The notes beneath the pieces were generated by a model. That model was given only the letters and a program-made list of their open reading frames with translations. It was not told where the DNA came from and did not search any database. Positions 61,800 through 64,000 of a stretch of 64,000 bases of DNA are shown piece by piece (position 1 is the stretch's first letter; the number at the start of each line of letters is the position of its first letter). The DNA is taken from positions 1,391,622 to 1,455,621 of the forward strand of contig CP054837.1 of NCBI GenBank assembly GCA_028768525.1, read 5' to 3'. The translations under genes and the position numbers were made by a program. The stretch is from Desulfobacter sp. (GTDB lineage Bacteria > Desulfobacterota > Desulfobacteria > Desulfobacterales > Desulfobacteraceae).

Positions 61800-62435
61800 A
61801 TGAAATGTATCATCGCAGCAAGCGGTCAATTGACACCCACCCGGGAGATCCGGGCCCAGTTCAGCGACGCAGATCTAATCATAGCGGCGGACGGAGGCGC
61901 CAGCCATCTGCACCGGATGAAGATCACCCCGGACATCATCATTGGCGACCTGGATTCCATCTCTTCTGACACCCTGGATTTTTTTTCCTCTGCCCGGGTG
62001 CCCATAAACACCTACCCCTCGAAAAAAGATCAGACCGATACGGAACTTTGCATCGAATATGCGGCTACCAAGGGATGTACCCAAATCGTATTCCTGGGGG
62101 TGACCGGCCACCGGCTGGACCATACCATAGCCAATGTACTCCTCCTCCGCCGCACGGCAGACCTGGGGATTGACGCCCGGATCATGGACGCCCACAACGA
62201 AATTTACCTGGTGGTATCGGATCTCACCCTGAAGGGGGTACCCGGGGACCTGCTTTCGGTCATCCCTGTATCGGAAAGGGTCACCGGCCTGACCCTGGAA
62301 GGCCTTGAATATCCCTTAAAGAATAAAACACTTGAAATGGGCACCGCCCTGGGGGTGAGTAATTGTTTTACCGGCACCCGGGCGCACATCAGCATTGCAT
62401 CGGGAGTACTCCTCGTAACAAAGTCCAGGGAGTAG
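61800..62435 (+). CDS. thiN: Thiamine pyrophosphokinase
   Basis: IAADGGA, IIGDLDS, KDQTDTE, GHRLDHT, GLEYPL, GVSN. Confidence 0.93.
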   Translation: MKCIIAASGQLTPTREIRAQFSDADLIIAADGGASHLHRMKITPDIIIGDLDSISSDTLDFFSSARVPINTYPSKKDQTDTELCIEYAATKGCTQIVFLGVTGHRLDHTIANVLLLRRTADLGIDARIMDAHNEIYLVVSDLTLKGVPGDLLSVIPVSERVTGLTLEGLEYPLKNKTLEMGTALGVSNCFTGTRAHISIASGVLLVTKSRE

Positions 62436-62451
62436 TAAGCGGAGTAATCCG

Positions 62452-63348
62452 TCAGGATTTTTCCTTTTCTCCATCAGGCTTGCCGTCTTTGCCTTCGGTA
62501 CCCTCCCCCTCTTCTCCCCCCTCGGGTGTCTCTGTGATGGTATGCTCGATAATGAACTCTTCCACCTTGGCCACAGAGGAGGCCACAATGACATGGTCAA
62601 TCTTGATTTCTTTGATGAATCCCTCCATATAGGGATTAAGAACATCCATCAGCTTTTTTTTCTGGCTTTTAATTTTCTCAAAATTTTCAACATCCCCGTA
62701 GACCAGTGAACTTAAAAAAAGAATAGCCGCATCCCTGGCCTTGGGATGAATGGTGGGCACCACTTGATCCGGCATCAGTTCCTTGAGTGCCAGGCTCATG
62801 TTCAGGCAGAGATACCGGTCCCTGGCATTGGAGGAATGTTTATTTAAATTAACCGCAATGGGCTTCATCGGTATGATTGGGGCGGCTTCACCGCTGTCCC
62901 CCCCGGCCTTCTGCCCCCCGGTTTTCTTCCACTCTGCCACCCGGCCGTTCTCTTCCTTGAGCACCATCAGGCGGCTTTGCAGGTCTACGATCTCGAAGAA
63001 ACTGGTATCGTTCTTCTCCCAGACCTCTTCGATATCAGACTCAACCACAGTAAAAATCAGCTGATCGTCCTCCATATGCCAGGACCCGTTTGCACTGCCT
63101 TTTGAACTGACAATCTTGGAGGTGGCATCTGCAATACGGACCGAGGAATTCCATGTTCCCTTTGGATTTATGATCAAAAGGACGTATGTCCGGTTTCTGT
63201 AATGCGTCCAGTTGCCCAGCACCAGTTCTTCCCGGCTTGGCTCTTTTTCTCCGCAGCCCGTTATTCCGGATACGGCAATGAGAATAAGCATTAGCAAAAA
63301 AGAGACCTTGAATGCCTCCCCTGATTTACGCCTGATCTGTCCGTACAT
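62452..63348 (-). CDS. Lipoprotein with a beta-rich domain and a C-terminal FliL-like domain
   Basis: Lipobox ITG-C; IAVNL...RYL.L...ARDAAILFLSS...LMDVLN FliL-type pattern. Confidence 0.6.
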   Translation of the reverse strand: MYGQIRRKSGEAFKVSFLLMLILIAVSGITGCGEKEPSREELVLGNWTHYRNRTYVLLIINPKGTWNSSVRIADATSKIVSSKGSANGSWHMEDDQLIFTVVESDIEEVWEKNDTSFFEIVDLQSRLMVLKEENGRVAEWKKTGGQKAGGDSGEAAPIIPMKPIAVNLNKHSSNARDRYLCLNMSLALKELMPDQVVPTIHPKARDAAILFLSSLVYGDVENFEKIKSQKKKLMDVLNPYMEGFIKEIKIDHVIVASSVAKVEEFIIEHTITETPEGGEEGEGTEGKDGKPDGEKEKS

Positions 63349-63525
63349 GGTATTGTCCTGAGATTATGGGTTTATCCTCATGATAGACAGGCTATCACGG
63401 CCGGTGAAACGGGTCAAGGCAGGGTCCGGTACAACGAAACGCCTGCCGGCCTTCATCTCTTAAGTTCGGGGGGAACGGTGAAAAACTTTAGTCAAAGCAA
63501 GGCTGTTGAGGGATGGAAAATGAAA

Positions 63526-63560
63526 AAGGCGTCCGTACACAGAGGGTGTCCAGACGCCTT
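63526..63560 (-). terminator. Terminator of the HesB-like gene
   Basis: AAGGCGTC..ACAC stem followed by TTTTTC on the minus strand. Confidence 0.65.
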
Positions 63561-63582
63561 CTTATTAAATGGCTTAAATTAC

Positions 63583-63900
63583 TTAATCGCCGCAGGAACC
63601 GCCTGAGCAACCGCCGCAGCCGCCGCCCTGGCCCAGATCAATATTTGAGTCAAGGTGAAATCCCATTCCGGTGAAATCAATCTTGATTTTTTCGGCTTTT
63701 GCCATGAAATCTTTATCAACGACAAACTTAAGCCCTTTAACGTCAAAAGAATCGTCTGTATCTTTAGGCTCATCCAGAGCCATTGCAAGGGACGGGCCAC
63801 CTCAGCCGCCGGAGTTAAGAAAAATTCTGATAGGGGTGGGTTCCTTCCCCTGGAAATAATCGTCGATCTGCGTTTTAGCAGGATCAGTCAACTCAATCAT
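63583..63900 (-). CDS. IscA/HesB-like selenoprotein (Sec33)
   Basis: TAAGGAG RBS, ATG 63900; MIELTD...IRIFLNSGG-TGA(63804-63802)-GGPSLAMALDE...GCGGCSGGSCGD; 105 aa when read through. Confidence 0.9.
63753..63801 (-). promoter_or_regulatory. Putative SECIS hairpin
   Basis: GGCTC-TGGAT-GAGCC apical stem-loop (63781-63767), loop 25 nt after the UGA; possible CGTC/GACG lower stem. Confidence 0.55.
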
Positions 63901-64000
63901 TGTAACACTCTCCTTAAAATCTAATATTTGGCCATTCAGAGGCCGCCCCCTGAATAGCCTTACGTTAACCACACTTATCGGCCTGTCAATGTCAAGGCCT

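Noticed and set aside
63349-63525. Structured intergenic region as SRP or 6S RNA
   Set aside because: It lacks the SRP GGAA-loop/CAGG-AGCAG motif and an extended 6S-like duplex; promoter and terminator sequence explain it

Overview
This is a chromosomal segment of about 55-60% GC (eyeballed) from an anaerobic deltaproteobacterium, most likely a Desulfobacterales/Desulfobacteraceae sulfate reducer. The taxonomy is inferred from the gene set: selB, a HesB-type selenoprotein, and DVU_1556-, AF1514- and ORP/CGGC-type genes. From left to right it carries secreted hypothetical proteins, an HD-GYP protein, a long divergent GlpX-like phosphatase, OsmC, and a GntR regulator divergent from a two-gene 2-oxoacid oxidoreductase. 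Next come a 7TM-DISM/PAS protein with a probable ChiS-type DNA-binding domain, an orphan solute-binding protein, a GlrK-QseG-GlrR-like triad, and a glycerol cluster (glpAB, a six-gene ABC importer, a DeoR regulator). These are followed by a shortened DUF819 gene, a sphingosine-1-phosphate-lyase-like enzyme, several small genes, mtgA, a cyclophilin-FKBP fusion, tRNA-His, selB, a sigma54-driven ORP/CGGC operon, and hemW. A large LPS locus contains kdnA-kdnB-kdsB (8-amino-Kdo), lptFG-waaA-lpxK-lpxL-waaF-waaC and glycosyltransferases, with an approximately 7.5 kb low-GC glycan-modification island. The window ends with thiN, a FliL-like lipoprotein and a UGA-recoded HesB/IscA selenoprotein. I found no CRISPR array, transposase, integrase or phage gene. 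All family assignments come from motif recognition and recalled family knowledge; no database search was run.
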